Positions 43,477-52,792 of a stretch of DNA of 64,000 bases are shown one piece after another (the stretch's first letter is position 1; each line of letters begins with the position of its first letter). Made by a program: the position numbers and the translations under genes. The notes beneath the pieces were generated by a model. It was not told the DNA's origin. It made no database searches and saw only the letters and a program-made list of their open reading frames with translations. The stretch is from the NCBI GenBank assembly GCA_030765185.1, contig JAVCDE010000026.1, positions 17,276 through 81,275 of the forward strand. The letters are read 5' to 3'. The stretch is from Candidatus Aceula meridiana (GTDB taxonomy: Bacteria > Omnitrophota > Gorgyraeia > Zapsychrales > Aceulaceae).

Positions 43477-45512
43477 AACCTAAGGGAATTTTTATAACTG
43501 CAACGGATACAGATGCCGGAAAAACAACGGTAAGTTTTGTTCTTGGTGTTTTATTACATCAGAAGGGGATTGATGTCGGCATCATGAAGCCGATTCAGTG
43601 CGCAGGGCGCGACGCACAATTTTTAAAAAAAAATTTGAGGATTAAAGATTCGTTAAGAGAAATTAATCCCTATTTTGCTAAGGAACCGATATCTCCGCAT
43701 TTAGCCTTTGCCCGTCAGAAAATCGCTATCGACATAGAAAAAATTAAAAAACAATATCAAGCTTTAAGCTTAATCCATGATTTTGTCATTGTTGAGGGAG
43801 CCGGAGGATTGATGGTTCCCATTAAAGATAATTATTTGATGGCAGACTTAGCCAGAGATTTAGAGCTTGATGTCGTTGTCGTATCAAAGCTGTCCTTAGG
43901 AACAATTAATCACACTTTGCTGACTATTGAACAGGCAAGGTCTTGTGGTCTTGATGTACGCGGAATTATTTTTAATCAAATAAAAAAAGGCAAAGGGGGA
44001 ATTCCTGAGAAAACGAATTCGCAAGCGATTAAAAAATTTGGCCAAGTTCCGATTTTAGGGACAGTGTCGTATATGCCTAAGGCAACAAGAAACAGTGTTT
44101 TAAGGCAGTGTAAGAATAAAATAAATTTAAAACCTTTGCTAAAACAAGAAACAAAAAAAGCGAGCCAGCGTTTAAAAAAAGAAGATAGAGAATATATTTG
44201 GCATCCGTTTACACAGATGCAGGATTGGCAGAAAGAAAATCCGCTTATTATAGACCAAGCTAAAGGATGTTATTTAAGAGATAGCAACGGAAAATGGTAT
44301 TTAGATGGTGTTTCAAGCCTCTGGGTTAATTTACATGGACATCAACATAAAACAATTGATCAGGCTGTCTGCCGCCAGGTAAAAAAGGTAAGCCATTCAA
44401 CATTGCTTGGGCTTTCAAATGTTCCGGCTGTTGAGCTTGCGCGCGAGCTTGCTAAAATAACACCCAAGACTTTAAGGAAAGTTTTTTATTCCGACAGTGG
44501 TTCAACTGCAGTTGAAATCGCGATAAAGATTGCGTATCAGTATTGGCAGAATATCGGCCAAAAGAAAAAGACAAAAATTATTCATCTTGCGCATTCTTAT
44601 CATGGGGACACTTTAGGAAGCGTAAGCATTGGAGGCATTGATTTATTTCATAAGGTCTATCGGCATTTGATTTTTAAGACAATAAAATGGCCGACGCCTT
44701 ATCCGGATGCTTTTGGGGATAAGAAAATTTTTGCAAAAGATTTCTCAAGGTCTATCGATAGGCTTGAAATATTTTTAAAAAAATCAAATCAAACAATTGC
44801 CGCTTTCGTCGTAGAACCTATTGTTCAAGGTGCTGCTGGCATGATTGTTTGGCCTAAAGGTATTTTAAAAAGAATCGAGAAATTATGTCGTCAACACAAT
44901 ATTCTTTTTATTGCCGATGAGGTGGCAACGGGTTTTGGGCGGACAGGAAAAATGTTTGCGTGCGAACATGAGAACGTAACGCCGGATGTGATGTGCTTGG
45001 CTAAAGGAATAAGTGCAGGATATCTTCCTTTGGCTGCAACTCTGACAACGCAGAAGATTTATGATGGATTTTTATTTGATTATAAAGAGCAAAAGACATT
45101 TTTTCACGGTCACACCTATACGGGAAATCCTTTAGCGTGCGCGGCTGCGTTAGCAAATTTAGAAGTTTTCAAAAAAGAGAAGACATTAAAGAAGATACAG
45201 GCGAAGATTAAATTGTTAGAAGCTGAATTAAAAAATTTTAAGAATCTTTTCCACGTCGGTGATATTAGACAAAAAGGCTTGATGGTTGGCATTGAACTCG
45301 TTAAGTCTAAGAAAAAAAGACAACAGTATCCTTGGCAAGAAAAGATAGGTGTTAAGGTCTGTCAAAAGGTGCGTGAGCATGGAGTTATTTTGCGGCCTTT
45401 AGGGAATGTGGTTGTTTTAATGCCGCCTTTGAGCATCAGTCGTAGCGAGCTTAAGAAGCTTTTATCAGCCACTTATCAGGCGATTGACGAGGTAACAGAA
45501 TCTTATGTTTAG
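43473..45512 (+). CDS. fused dethiobiotin synthetase (N-term, BioD) + adenosylmethionine-8-amino-7-oxononanoate aminotransferase (C-term, BioA)
   Basis: The N-terminus GIFITATDTDAGKTTVS (BioD P-loop) with ...VVEGAGG is followed, from ~aa 230, by a class-III aminotransferase (HGHTYTGNPLACAAALANL, with PLP Lys in CLAKGISAG). It is one 679-aa ORF with a 4-nt overlap to bioC. Confidence 0.8.
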   Translation: MKPKGIFITATDTDAGKTTVSFVLGVLLHQKGIDVGIMKPIQCAGRDAQFLKKNLRIKDSLREINPYFAKEPISPHLAFARQKIAIDIEKIKKQYQALSLIHDFVIVEGAGGLMVPIKDNYLMADLARDLELDVVVVSKLSLGTINHTLLTIEQARSCGLDVRGIIFNQIKKGKGGIPEKTNSQAIKKFGQVPILGTVSYMPKATRNSVLRQCKNKINLKPLLKQETKKASQRLKKEDREYIWHPFTQMQDWQKENPLIIDQAKGCYLRDSNGKWYLDGVSSLWVNLHGHQHKTIDQAVCRQVKKVSHSTLLGLSNVPAVELARELAKITPKTLRKVFYSDSGSTAVEIAIKIAYQYWQNIGQKKKTKIIHLAHSYHGDTLGSVSIGGIDLFHKVYRHLIFKTIKWPTPYPDAFGDKKIFAKDFSRSIDRLEIFLKKSNQTIAAFVVEPIVQGAAGMIVWPKGILKRIEKLCRQHNILFIADEVATGFGRTGKMFACEHENVTPDVMCLAKGISAGYLPLAATLTTQKIYDGFLFDYKEQKTFFHGHTYTGNPLACAAALANLEVFKKEKTLKKIQAKIKLLEAELKNFKNLFHVGDIRQKGLMVGIELVKSKKKRQQYPWQEKIGVKVCQKVREHGVILRPLGNVVVLMPPLSISRSELKKLLSATYQAIDEVTESYV

Positions 45513-46599
45513 AAAAAAGAAACAAAAGACCGTTTTTGTTGCCATGAGTGGCGGGGTAGACTCCTCGGTAGCCGCTGCTTTGTTAAAGAAAAAAGGATAC
45601 AAAGTTGTTGGTGTTACGATGTGTTTTAATATTTCCTCTTCGCAGGGCAAGCGGCCGTCTTGTTGTGGCGCAGAGGCAATTGAAGAGGCAAAAAGAGCAG
45701 CACAAGTTTTAGATATTCCCCATTATGTGCTTAGCTTTGGAGACGACCTTCAAAAATATGTTATTGATGACTTTGTCAAAGAATATCTTGATGCACGGAC
45801 ACCCAACCCTTGCGTGCAGTGTAATCGGATGGTTAAGTTTGGCTCTCTTTTAAAGAAGGTAAAATTGATGGGGGCTGATTTTTTAGCCACGGGCCATTAC
45901 GCCCGTGCTGATTATAGCAAAACTCGACGACGGTTTGAGCTTAAAAAGGGCAAGGATAAAAAGAAAGATCAGGGGTATTTTCTTTATAAAATTCAGAAAG
46001 AAAATCTTTCATCTATTTTATTTCCTTTGGGAGGCCTTAAAAAAAAGAAGGTTCGTCTGCTGGCAAAGAAACTTCACCTCCCGAGTGCTGAGCGCAGAGA
46101 AAGCCAAGATATTTGTTTTATTCCAAAAGGTAGCTATCAGGAATTTATTCAAGACCGTTTAGGAAAGAAAGCTTTTAAGCCCGGAGAAATTTGTGATTTT
46201 AAAGGAAATGTTTTAGGCCAGCATAAAGGTATTGCTTTTTACACTATTGGCCAAAGAGACAAGCTTGGCATTGCCGTTGGCAAGCCGGTTTATGTTTATC
46301 GAATTGACAAGACGACAAATACCATCTTTGTCGGGGACAAAAAATGCTTGTTGGCACACGGATTAATCGCTGAGGATGTTAATTTTGTTTCTATGAATAT
46401 TCCAAAGAAAAAAATAGAGGTTCAAATCAAAATCCGATATAATCAACCTGAAGTTAAAGCATGGCTGTCGCAAGATAAAGGCGGCCGAGTAAGGGTTGAT
46501 TTTTATACGCCGCAGATGGCTGTTACGCCAGGCCAGTCGGTTGTATTTTACAGGAAAGATATTATTTTAGGCGGCGGTATTATTAAAGACGTTTTTTAA
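45505..46599 (+). CDS. mnmA: tRNA-specific 2-thiouridylase
   Basis: The PP-loop is VFVAMSGGVDSSVAA. The catalytic Cys region is NPCVQCNRMVKFGSLL, with a C-terminal OB-like region. Confidence 0.85.
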   Translation: MFRKKKQKTVFVAMSGGVDSSVAAALLKKKGYKVVGVTMCFNISSSQGKRPSCCGAEAIEEAKRAAQVLDIPHYVLSFGDDLQKYVIDDFVKEYLDARTPNPCVQCNRMVKFGSLLKKVKLMGADFLATGHYARADYSKTRRRFELKKGKDKKKDQGYFLYKIQKENLSSILFPLGGLKKKKVRLLAKKLHLPSAERRESQDICFIPKGSYQEFIQDRLGKKAFKPGEICDFKGNVLGQHKGIAFYTIGQRDKLGIAVGKPVYVYRIDKTTNTIFVGDKKCLLAHGLIAEDVNFVSMNIPKKKIEVQIKIRYNQPEVKAWLSQDKGGRVRVDFYTPQMAVTPGQSVVFYRKDIILGGGIIKDVF

Positions 46600-46771
46600 C
46601 CTGGATTTTGCATTGCAAAATCCACCCGGAGGGCCGCATCGGCGCAATTTATTGCGACTTGCGGGGTTACCCTCGCCGTAAGGCGTTTTGCATTTGAATA
46701 CTTTTATTCCGTGTTTTAAAATAGGAAAAATATTCAAATGAAAAATTCCGGTTAAAGACAGGAGAGATAGT

Positions 46772-48046
46772 ATGGATATTAAGTTTGATATAGCAAATCT
46801 TAAAGGATTTATCGAAAAGAAGGAATGGGATGATATTGTTCCTCAAGTTAAGAAGGCTCACGAGGAATTGGTTAACAAGACAGGGCAAGGGAGCAACTTT
46901 ACCGGATGGCTTGACCTTGCTTCGCGCACCGACAACGCTCTTTTAGATGAGCTTAAAATCCTCGGAGAAGAGGTCAGAGAAAATTCTGATTGCATTATTA
47001 GCTTAGGGATTGGCGGTTCTTACCTTGGCATCCGAGCAACGGTAGAATTTTTAATTGCTGATCAAAAAATTCCTATTCATTATGCCGGTAATAATTTAAG
47101 CTCCGGGTATCTTTATCATCTTTTAAAAGGGCTTGAAGACAAACGTGTAACCATTGTGGTTATTTCGAAATCCGGCACCACAACAGAGACGGCATTAGCT
47201 TTTCGTATTATTAAAGAATTTATGGAAAAGAAATATGATGCCAATGAATTAAAGAAAAGAATTATCTGTGTGACGGATCAAGAAAAAGGGGCTTTACGAA
47301 AAAGTATTAACAGCGAAGGCTATCGTTCGTATCCTATTCACGACGATGTCGGTGGACGGTTTTCTGTTTTGTGCCCGGCTGGGTTAGTTTCTTTGGCTCT
47401 GGCAGGCTTAGACATCCATCAACTTATTGAAGGAGCCCGAGATGCTGAGAAGGCCTTTGACGAAATGGACTTAGAAAAAAACATCGCCTATCAGTATGCG
47501 GCGGCACGATATCTTTTGTATAAAAAAGGAAAAAAGATAGAAGTTTTATCTACGTTTTATCAACGACTTTCCTATGTGGCTGAGTGGTGGAAGCAGCTTT
47601 TTGGGGAAAGCGAAGGGAAAGATGGCAAAGGAATTTTCCCGGCATCGCTTAATTTAACAGCTGACTTGCATTCGATGGGGCAGCTGATGCAAGAAGGCGA
47701 GCGTAATGTTTTTGAAACTTTTTTAATGGTTGAAGACTCCGGGCACAAGATGATTATTCCGCCGGCTGAAGAGAACCTTGATAATTTTAATTGCGTGGCT
47801 GGAAAAGATTTGGATTTTGTTAATAAGCAGGGTTACAAAGCAACATCGAGCGCTCATTATGAGGGTGGGGTTCCTAACATGACCATTACCTTGCCTAATT
47901 GTCAAGCGCATGCTTTAGGTCAGTTGTATTATTTTTTTCAAAAGGCGGTTGCGATTACCGGATATCTTATCGGTGTTAATCCGTTTAATCAGCCTGGTGT
48001 TGAGGCCTACAAGAAAAAGATGTTTGCGCTTTTAGGGAGAGAATAA
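46772..48046 (+). CDS. pgi: glucose-6-phosphate isomerase (short bacterial/archaeal-type)
   Basis: Two SIS-like halves are present. GGRFSVLCPAGL and FGESEGKDGKG match the conserved PGI blocks. Confidence 0.7.
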   Translation: MDIKFDIANLKGFIEKKEWDDIVPQVKKAHEELVNKTGQGSNFTGWLDLASRTDNALLDELKILGEEVRENSDCIISLGIGGSYLGIRATVEFLIADQKIPIHYAGNNLSSGYLYHLLKGLEDKRVTIVVISKSGTTTETALAFRIIKEFMEKKYDANELKKRIICVTDQEKGALRKSINSEGYRSYPIHDDVGGRFSVLCPAGLVSLALAGLDIHQLIEGARDAEKAFDEMDLEKNIAYQYAAARYLLYKKGKKIEVLSTFYQRLSYVAEWWKQLFGESEGKDGKGIFPASLNLTADLHSMGQLMQEGERNVFETFLMVEDSGHKMIIPPAEENLDNFNCVAGKDLDFVNKQGYKATSSAHYEGGVPNMTITLPNCQAHALGQLYYFFQKAVAITGYLIGVNPFNQPGVEAYKKKMFALLGRE

Positions 48047-48080
48047 AAAAGAAGAAAATAAAAAGTAAACTAAAACATCA

Positions 48081-48112
48081 AGCCCCGGACTGGATGCCCG
48101 GGGCTCGTTTGT
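48081..48112 (+). terminator. rho-independent terminator after pgi
   Basis: agccccgg / ccggggct form an 8-bp GC-rich stem with a 9-nt loop, followed by cgtttgt. Confidence 0.55.
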
Positions 48113-48288
48113 AAGGTGATAGGCCTTAAGTTGCTCTCGCTATCTTGCGACCTCCTTGATATCTAATTTAAGTATGGCATAAAAATTCTCATTTTTCAAG
48201 GTATCGACAAAAGTTGTTTCTTAAAGACTTTTGCATATTCTTCCAACTTGAATTGACAACGGTATCTGCACATGTTAAAAATAGTAAT

Positions 48289-48822
48289 ATGAGTAATAAA
48301 TTAAAAGTAATATTAGGCTTGGGCCTGATTGCGGTGGCCTTTATTTGCATAATCGCGGTTTCTTTTTCAATTGACCGTAGAAATCAGTCTTCTGTCCAAG
48401 AAATTGATGTCCTTCAAGTAGAATTAGCTAATCTTATCGCTCAGCAAAGCGAAGACATCCTTTCTGATTCGGACAAAGAAAAAGTAGAGCGCGATCCTAT
48501 TCGCCTGGAAGATGTTTTGGCTCGTGCGCAGAGCATCTATGGCGAGGCAGAACTTGAGCGTAAGAATGGAATTCTTTGGATTGACCGCAAAAGCTCCCAA
48601 ATGATGGTTACTTTAGGGGTTGTCAACGGCCTGATGCCAGGAACTTATTTAGGTGTTTATCAAGAAAAGCTTCAAGCTGATGGCACGGTTATTAATGAAA
48701 AAGTCGATGATGTTGTTGTTGAAAAAGCGTATGACATCATCTCTTATGTTAAGTCCACAAAAAAAGCGCAAGATGATTTTAACCGCGATTATTACCGCGT
48801 TAGCATGAAGGGTTCTTTTTAG
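48289..48822 (+). CDS. single-pass membrane protein of unknown function upstream of gspE
   Basis: MSNKLKVILGLGLIAVAFICIIAVSF is an N-terminal TM anchor, followed by a ~150-aa periplasmic region. The track ORF starts at a TTG at 48214. I prefer the ATG at 48289, but the start is uncertain. Confidence 0.45.
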   Translation: MSNKLKVILGLGLIAVAFICIIAVSFSIDRRNQSSVQEIDVLQVELANLIAQQSEDILSDSDKEKVERDPIRLEDVLARAQSIYGEAELERKNGILWIDRKSSQMMVTLGVVNGLMPGTYLGVYQEKLQADGTVINEKVDDVVVEKAYDIISYVKSTKKAQDDFNRDYYRVSMKGSF

Positions 48823-48847
48823 CCCTTTTTTAAGTAACCTGCAAATT

Positions 48848-50542
48848 ATGCGAAACAGATCCCCTATAGGTCAACTTCTTGTCGACAAAAAGATTATCAC
48901 TCCTGAGCAGCTTAAGATTGCCCTCCATGAACAGAAAAAAACAAGAGAACTTTTAGGGATTACGCTTATCCGCCTTGGATTTGTTGATGAAGAAAAGATT
49001 TATCTTCCGATTCTCGCCGGAGAGCTTGGGGTTGATTTTCTTAATTTAAAAGATTTTGAGATTCCTTCTGAGGTTATTAATAAAATTCCTGCCAAAGTTG
49101 CTGACCACTACAAAGTTATCCCCGTTGATTACAGAGATGATGTTTTAACCATTGCTCTCACGAATCCTTTAGACATCCATACCTTAGATGATGTTTCTTT
49201 GGTTGCCGGGTCTAAAGTTAAATCTGTTTTAGCAGCTCAAAAAGATATTGCAGAGGCTATCCGTAAATATTATGGCTTAGGAGCAGACACGATCGAACAG
49301 ATGATGGATACGGTAACGGTCTTGCCGCAGTCCACAGAAAGAGTTGAAGATATTCAGGAGTTGGACTCAGAAGCTTCTATCGGAAAATTTATCAATCAGC
49401 TCCTTTTAGAGTCTTATCAAAACCGGGCTACAGATATTCACATCGAACCTTTTGAAAATGAACTCAAAGTTCGTTATCGTGTTGATGGCATTCTCTATGA
49501 TGCTAAGGTTCCTATTAATATTAAGCATTTTAAAGATTCTGTTAGCTCGCGTATTAAGATTATTTCTAATTTGGATATTGCCGAAAAACGCCTGCCGCAA
49601 GATGGACGTTTTAAGGTGCGTGTCGGCGATGTTGATTTGGATTTGCGCGTATCGTTTTTACCGACACCTTACGGGGAGAGTATTGTTATCCGTATCTTAA
49701 GCTCAACAAAATTATATAGCTTGGCAGAGCTAGGGCTTGCTAGTGAAGAAGAAAAGATTCTCGACGGGTTAATTAAAAGGCCGCATGGCATTCTTTTTCT
49801 AACGGGCCCTACTGGCAGTGGAAAAACAACAACGCTTTATTCTTGCCTTTCCCGCATTAATAAGGTTGATAAGAAAATTATTACCATTGAGGACCCAATT
49901 GAATATCAACTTAATGGTATTACGCAAATTCAAATTCATCCAGCGATTGGGTTAAATTTTGCTGTGGGCCTGCGTTCGATGTTAAGGCATGATCCTGATA
50001 TTATGATGGTTGGAGAAGTCCGCGACACGGAAACTGCAGAAATTACTATTCAGGTTGCTTTAACAGGGCATTTAGTTTTCTCTACGCTGCATACCAACGA
50101 TGCCGCTTCAGCCGTGGCACGTCTTTTAGACATGGGGGTTGAACCATATTTGGTCGCAAGTTCAGTTTTGTGTTTTATCGCGCAGCGTTTAGTGCGCGTG
50201 ATTTGCCCAAAGTGCAAAAAACCAGTCCATGTATCCGCGGAAATGTTTAAGGAAATGGGCATTGATCCGAAGGCGCTTGAGGGCGTGACGATTTATGAAG
50301 GCAAAGGGTGTGAGGATTGCAATCTTACCGGATATAAAGGACGCCAGGGTATTTATGAATTTTTACCCATTACCGAAGAGATTCGTAATCTTATTATTGA
50401 AAGAGCATCGGCTGCAAAAATTAAAGATAAAGCTGTTGAGCTCGGCATGCGAACTTTGCGCGAGAGAGGATGGGAGAAAGTAAAGAGAGGAATCACCACT
50501 CCGAGTGAGGTTATCCGCGTTACTCAGCAAGAAGAAATTTAA
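48848..50542 (+). CDS. gspE: type II secretion / type IV pilus assembly ATPase with MshEN-type N-terminal domain
   Basis: The N-terminus has two tandem 24-aa motifs (IGQLLVDKKIITPEQLKIALHEQ and LGITLIRLGFVDEEKIYLPILAGELG) resembling the MshEN c-di-GMP-binding motif. The Walker A is GPTGSGKTTT. Asp-box, His-box and a tetracysteine CPKC...CEDC are present. Confidence 0.85.
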   Translation: MRNRSPIGQLLVDKKIITPEQLKIALHEQKKTRELLGITLIRLGFVDEEKIYLPILAGELGVDFLNLKDFEIPSEVINKIPAKVADHYKVIPVDYRDDVLTIALTNPLDIHTLDDVSLVAGSKVKSVLAAQKDIAEAIRKYYGLGADTIEQMMDTVTVLPQSTERVEDIQELDSEASIGKFINQLLLESYQNRATDIHIEPFENELKVRYRVDGILYDAKVPINIKHFKDSVSSRIKIISNLDIAEKRLPQDGRFKVRVGDVDLDLRVSFLPTPYGESIVIRILSSTKLYSLAELGLASEEEKILDGLIKRPHGILFLTGPTGSGKTTTLYSCLSRINKVDKKIITIEDPIEYQLNGITQIQIHPAIGLNFAVGLRSMLRHDPDIMMVGEVRDTETAEITIQVALTGHLVFSTLHTNDAASAVARLLDMGVEPYLVASSVLCFIAQRLVRVICPKCKKPVHVSAEMFKEMGIDPKALEGVTIYEGKGCEDCNLTGYKGRQGIYEFLPITEEIRNLIIERASAAKIKDKAVELGMRTLRERGWEKVKRGITTPSEVIRVTQQEEI

Positions 50543-50564
50543 GAGTAAGAACCAACTGATGTAA

Positions 50565-50606
50565 AAGGGCCCTGCCAAGAAATACGGCTGGGCCCTTTTG
50601 TTTTGG
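50565..50606 (+). terminator. rho-independent terminator after gspE (first of two)
   Basis: aagggccc ... gggccctt stem followed by ttgttttgg. Confidence 0.55.
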
Positions 50607-50620
50607 TAGCGTTTCCTCCA

Positions 50621-50650
50621 ACAAGGCCACAGGGCCTTGTTTTTAGTTTT
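50621..50650 (+). terminator. second terminator hairpin after gspE
   Basis: acaaggcc acag ggccttgt is an 8-bp stem with a tetraloop, followed by ttttagtttt. Confidence 0.5.
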
Positions 50651-50685
50651 GTGGATGCTATCTTTGAGTTAAGGGGCACACGATA

Positions 50686-51042
50686 ATGAGAGAGATGACA
50701 ATTCAAAATTTAACTTCAAAAGATAAAACAAGAAATGAAGTTTTGTTTTGCGAAGCCTTTGAGAGAGAAGGAATACGGCGAGCTCTCGAGAGAAGAAATA
50801 CCTGCAAGATTATCAATGTTCTTGAATTTGAAGACCAGGCCCATGCTGAAGATTTTCTAAGCAGAGAATCAAAGAAATGCCCACCTCCTGAAACGCGCAT
50901 TGTTCATCTTTTTAACAGTGATTTAGCTAAAGATGAAGTCATTTACAAGATTTCTGGCAATCAATATGTTGTTTTAGGCAATCGCCTTTTTGCCTTAAAA
51001 GTTTCCCATTCCTTGAAAAAAATCGTTTCCATAGCAAAATAA
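50686..51042 (+). CDS. hypothetical small protein (118 aa)
   Basis: Open frame between the gspE terminators and gspF. No recognisable motif. Calling it coding is tentative. Confidence 0.35.
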   Translation: MREMTIQNLTSKDKTRNEVLFCEAFEREGIRRALERRNTCKIINVLEFEDQAHAEDFLSRESKKCPPPETRIVHLFNSDLAKDEVIYKISGNQYVVLGNRLFALKVSHSLKKIVSIAK

Positions 51043-51121
51043 TTCTTACATAATATTAATATTAATATTCTATATGCGTTATCTTGCAAAGCCTTTTTGG
51101 CTATGTTAGAATGATTTTGTT

Positions 51122-52348
51122 ATGGCGAAATTTTCTTTTAAGGCTAAAAAAGGCCCTCAGGAGTTTATTGAAGACGTCTTAGAGGCAGAGAGTTTAGATA
51201 GGGCTGTTGAGAAAATTACCGCCTTAGGATATGTTCCTATTGATGTTAGTCTCTATAGGCCAACTAAAATAAAGTCTTTTTCTAAAAAAAAGAAGGTTTT
51301 ATTTTTTTATAAAAAAGTTTCCCTATCTGAGCTTGTCATGCTAACTCGACAGCTTTATGATTTGCTTGATTCCGGCGTTCCCCTTCTTAAAGCCCTAAGA
51401 TTAACATTAGAGCAGGGGACAAATCCTCATCTTAAGAAAGTTCTTGCACAGATCTATAGTTCTGTTCAGGACGGTGGTTTGTTTTCTGATGCGCTCGCGC
51501 AGCACAGAGATGTCTTTTCTCCTCTCTATGTCAACATGGTTAAGGCTGGAGAAATCAGCGGAAAATTAGACGTTGTTTTAGAGCGCCTGGCAACATTTTT
51601 AGAAAAAGATTCAGAGGCGCGCGCAAAAATACAAAATAGTCTTATTTATCCATCGCTTATTTTAGGTGTAGGAATGCTGACCATTTTTGTTCTTCTTACT
51701 TTTGTTATTCCACGGCTGACTGAGATGTTTGAAGACTTGAGCGCGAATCTTCCGCTTCCGACTGTTATTTTGATAGCGGTGAGTGATTTTCTTTCTCGGT
51801 TTTGGTGGCTTTTAGCTATTTTAATCCTGGCAGCAGTTTTTTATTTTAAAAACTTTGCATCTTCTGAAAAAGGAACGCTGCAGGTTGACCGTTTAAAATT
51901 AAAGATTCCTGTCCTAGGAAATTTTATTCAATGTATTGAAATTGCACGTTTTTCAAGGACCTTAAGCACGCTTTTAGAAAGCGGGGTCGTGATTGTCTCA
52001 GGGCTGGAATCTGTCAGCGATCTTTTGGATAATGCGGTATTAAAAAAAGAGGCCCGCGAAATTGCGCGACAAGTAGCCGCTGGAGCAAGTTTAAGTGAGG
52101 CCTTAAAAGCGAGCACGTTTTTTCCAGCGGACGCCCAAAACATGATTAGCATCGGAGAAGAGGCGGGACGGCTTGAAGCGTCTCTTTTAAAACTCGCGGT
52201 TTCTTATGAAAAGAAATCTGACGCGTTAACCAAGACGCTAACATCAATGCTCGAGCCGCTTTTAATTGTTTTTATTGGCCTTGTCGTCGGGTTTGTGGTT
52301 ATTTCCATGCTGCTGCCAATTTTTCAGATGAATTTTATTGTTCAATAG
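51122..52348 (+). CDS. gspF: type II secretion / T4P inner-membrane platform protein
   Basis: Two GspF repeats, each with a cytoplasmic domain followed by TM segments, plus the conserved C-terminal LLEPLLIVFIGLVVGFVVISMLLPIF block. Confidence 0.8.
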   Translation: MAKFSFKAKKGPQEFIEDVLEAESLDRAVEKITALGYVPIDVSLYRPTKIKSFSKKKKVLFFYKKVSLSELVMLTRQLYDLLDSGVPLLKALRLTLEQGTNPHLKKVLAQIYSSVQDGGLFSDALAQHRDVFSPLYVNMVKAGEISGKLDVVLERLATFLEKDSEARAKIQNSLIYPSLILGVGMLTIFVLLTFVIPRLTEMFEDLSANLPLPTVILIAVSDFLSRFWWLLAILILAAVFYFKNFASSEKGTLQVDRLKLKIPVLGNFIQCIEIARFSRTLSTLLESGVVIVSGLESVSDLLDNAVLKKEAREIARQVAAGASLSEALKASTFFPADAQNMISIGEEAGRLEASLLKLAVSYEKKSDALTKTLTSMLEPLLIVFIGLVVGFVVISMLLPIFQMNFIVQ

Positions 52349-52360
52349 AAAGGAACTTTT

Positions 52361-52792
52361 ATGAAGAGACGAGGTGGATTTACTTTAATTGAAATTATGC
52401 TTGTTGTCATCATCTTAGGTATTCTCGTTGCTATGGTTGTTCCGAACTTAGCCGGGCGAGGACAGCAGGCCCGCGAGGCTGCCGCCCGCGCGGACATAGA
52501 AGCTAACCTTGCAACGTCTTTGGATTTGTATGAGATGGATAATGGGAAGTATCCTAGCACGGAGCAGGGGCTGAAGGCACTTTTAGTAGAGCCGTCAACA
52601 TCACCTGTTCCTCCAAATTGGAGCGGTCCGTATCTAAAGAAAAAGAGAATTCCTCTCGATCCATGGGGCGTGGAGTATGTTTACGTTTTTCCCGGCATTC
52701 AAAATATACAAGAATATGACCTATCTTCTCTAGGCCCAGACGGCATTGAAAGCGAAGACGATATTACAAATTGGGCAGAAATCGACATTTAA
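52361..52792 (+). CDS. gspG: major pseudopilin (type II secretion GspG)
   Basis: The prepilin leader is MKRRGG|FTLIEIMLVVIILGIL (G-1, F+1, E+5). The GspG-specific C-terminal motif is LDPWGVEYVY. Confidence 0.8.
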   Translation: MKRRGGFTLIEIMLVVIILGILVAMVVPNLAGRGQQAREAAARADIEANLATSLDLYEMDNGKYPSTEQGLKALLVEPSTSPVPPNWSGPYLKKKRIPLDPWGVEYVYVFPGIQNIQEYDLSSLGPDGIESEDDITNWAEIDI

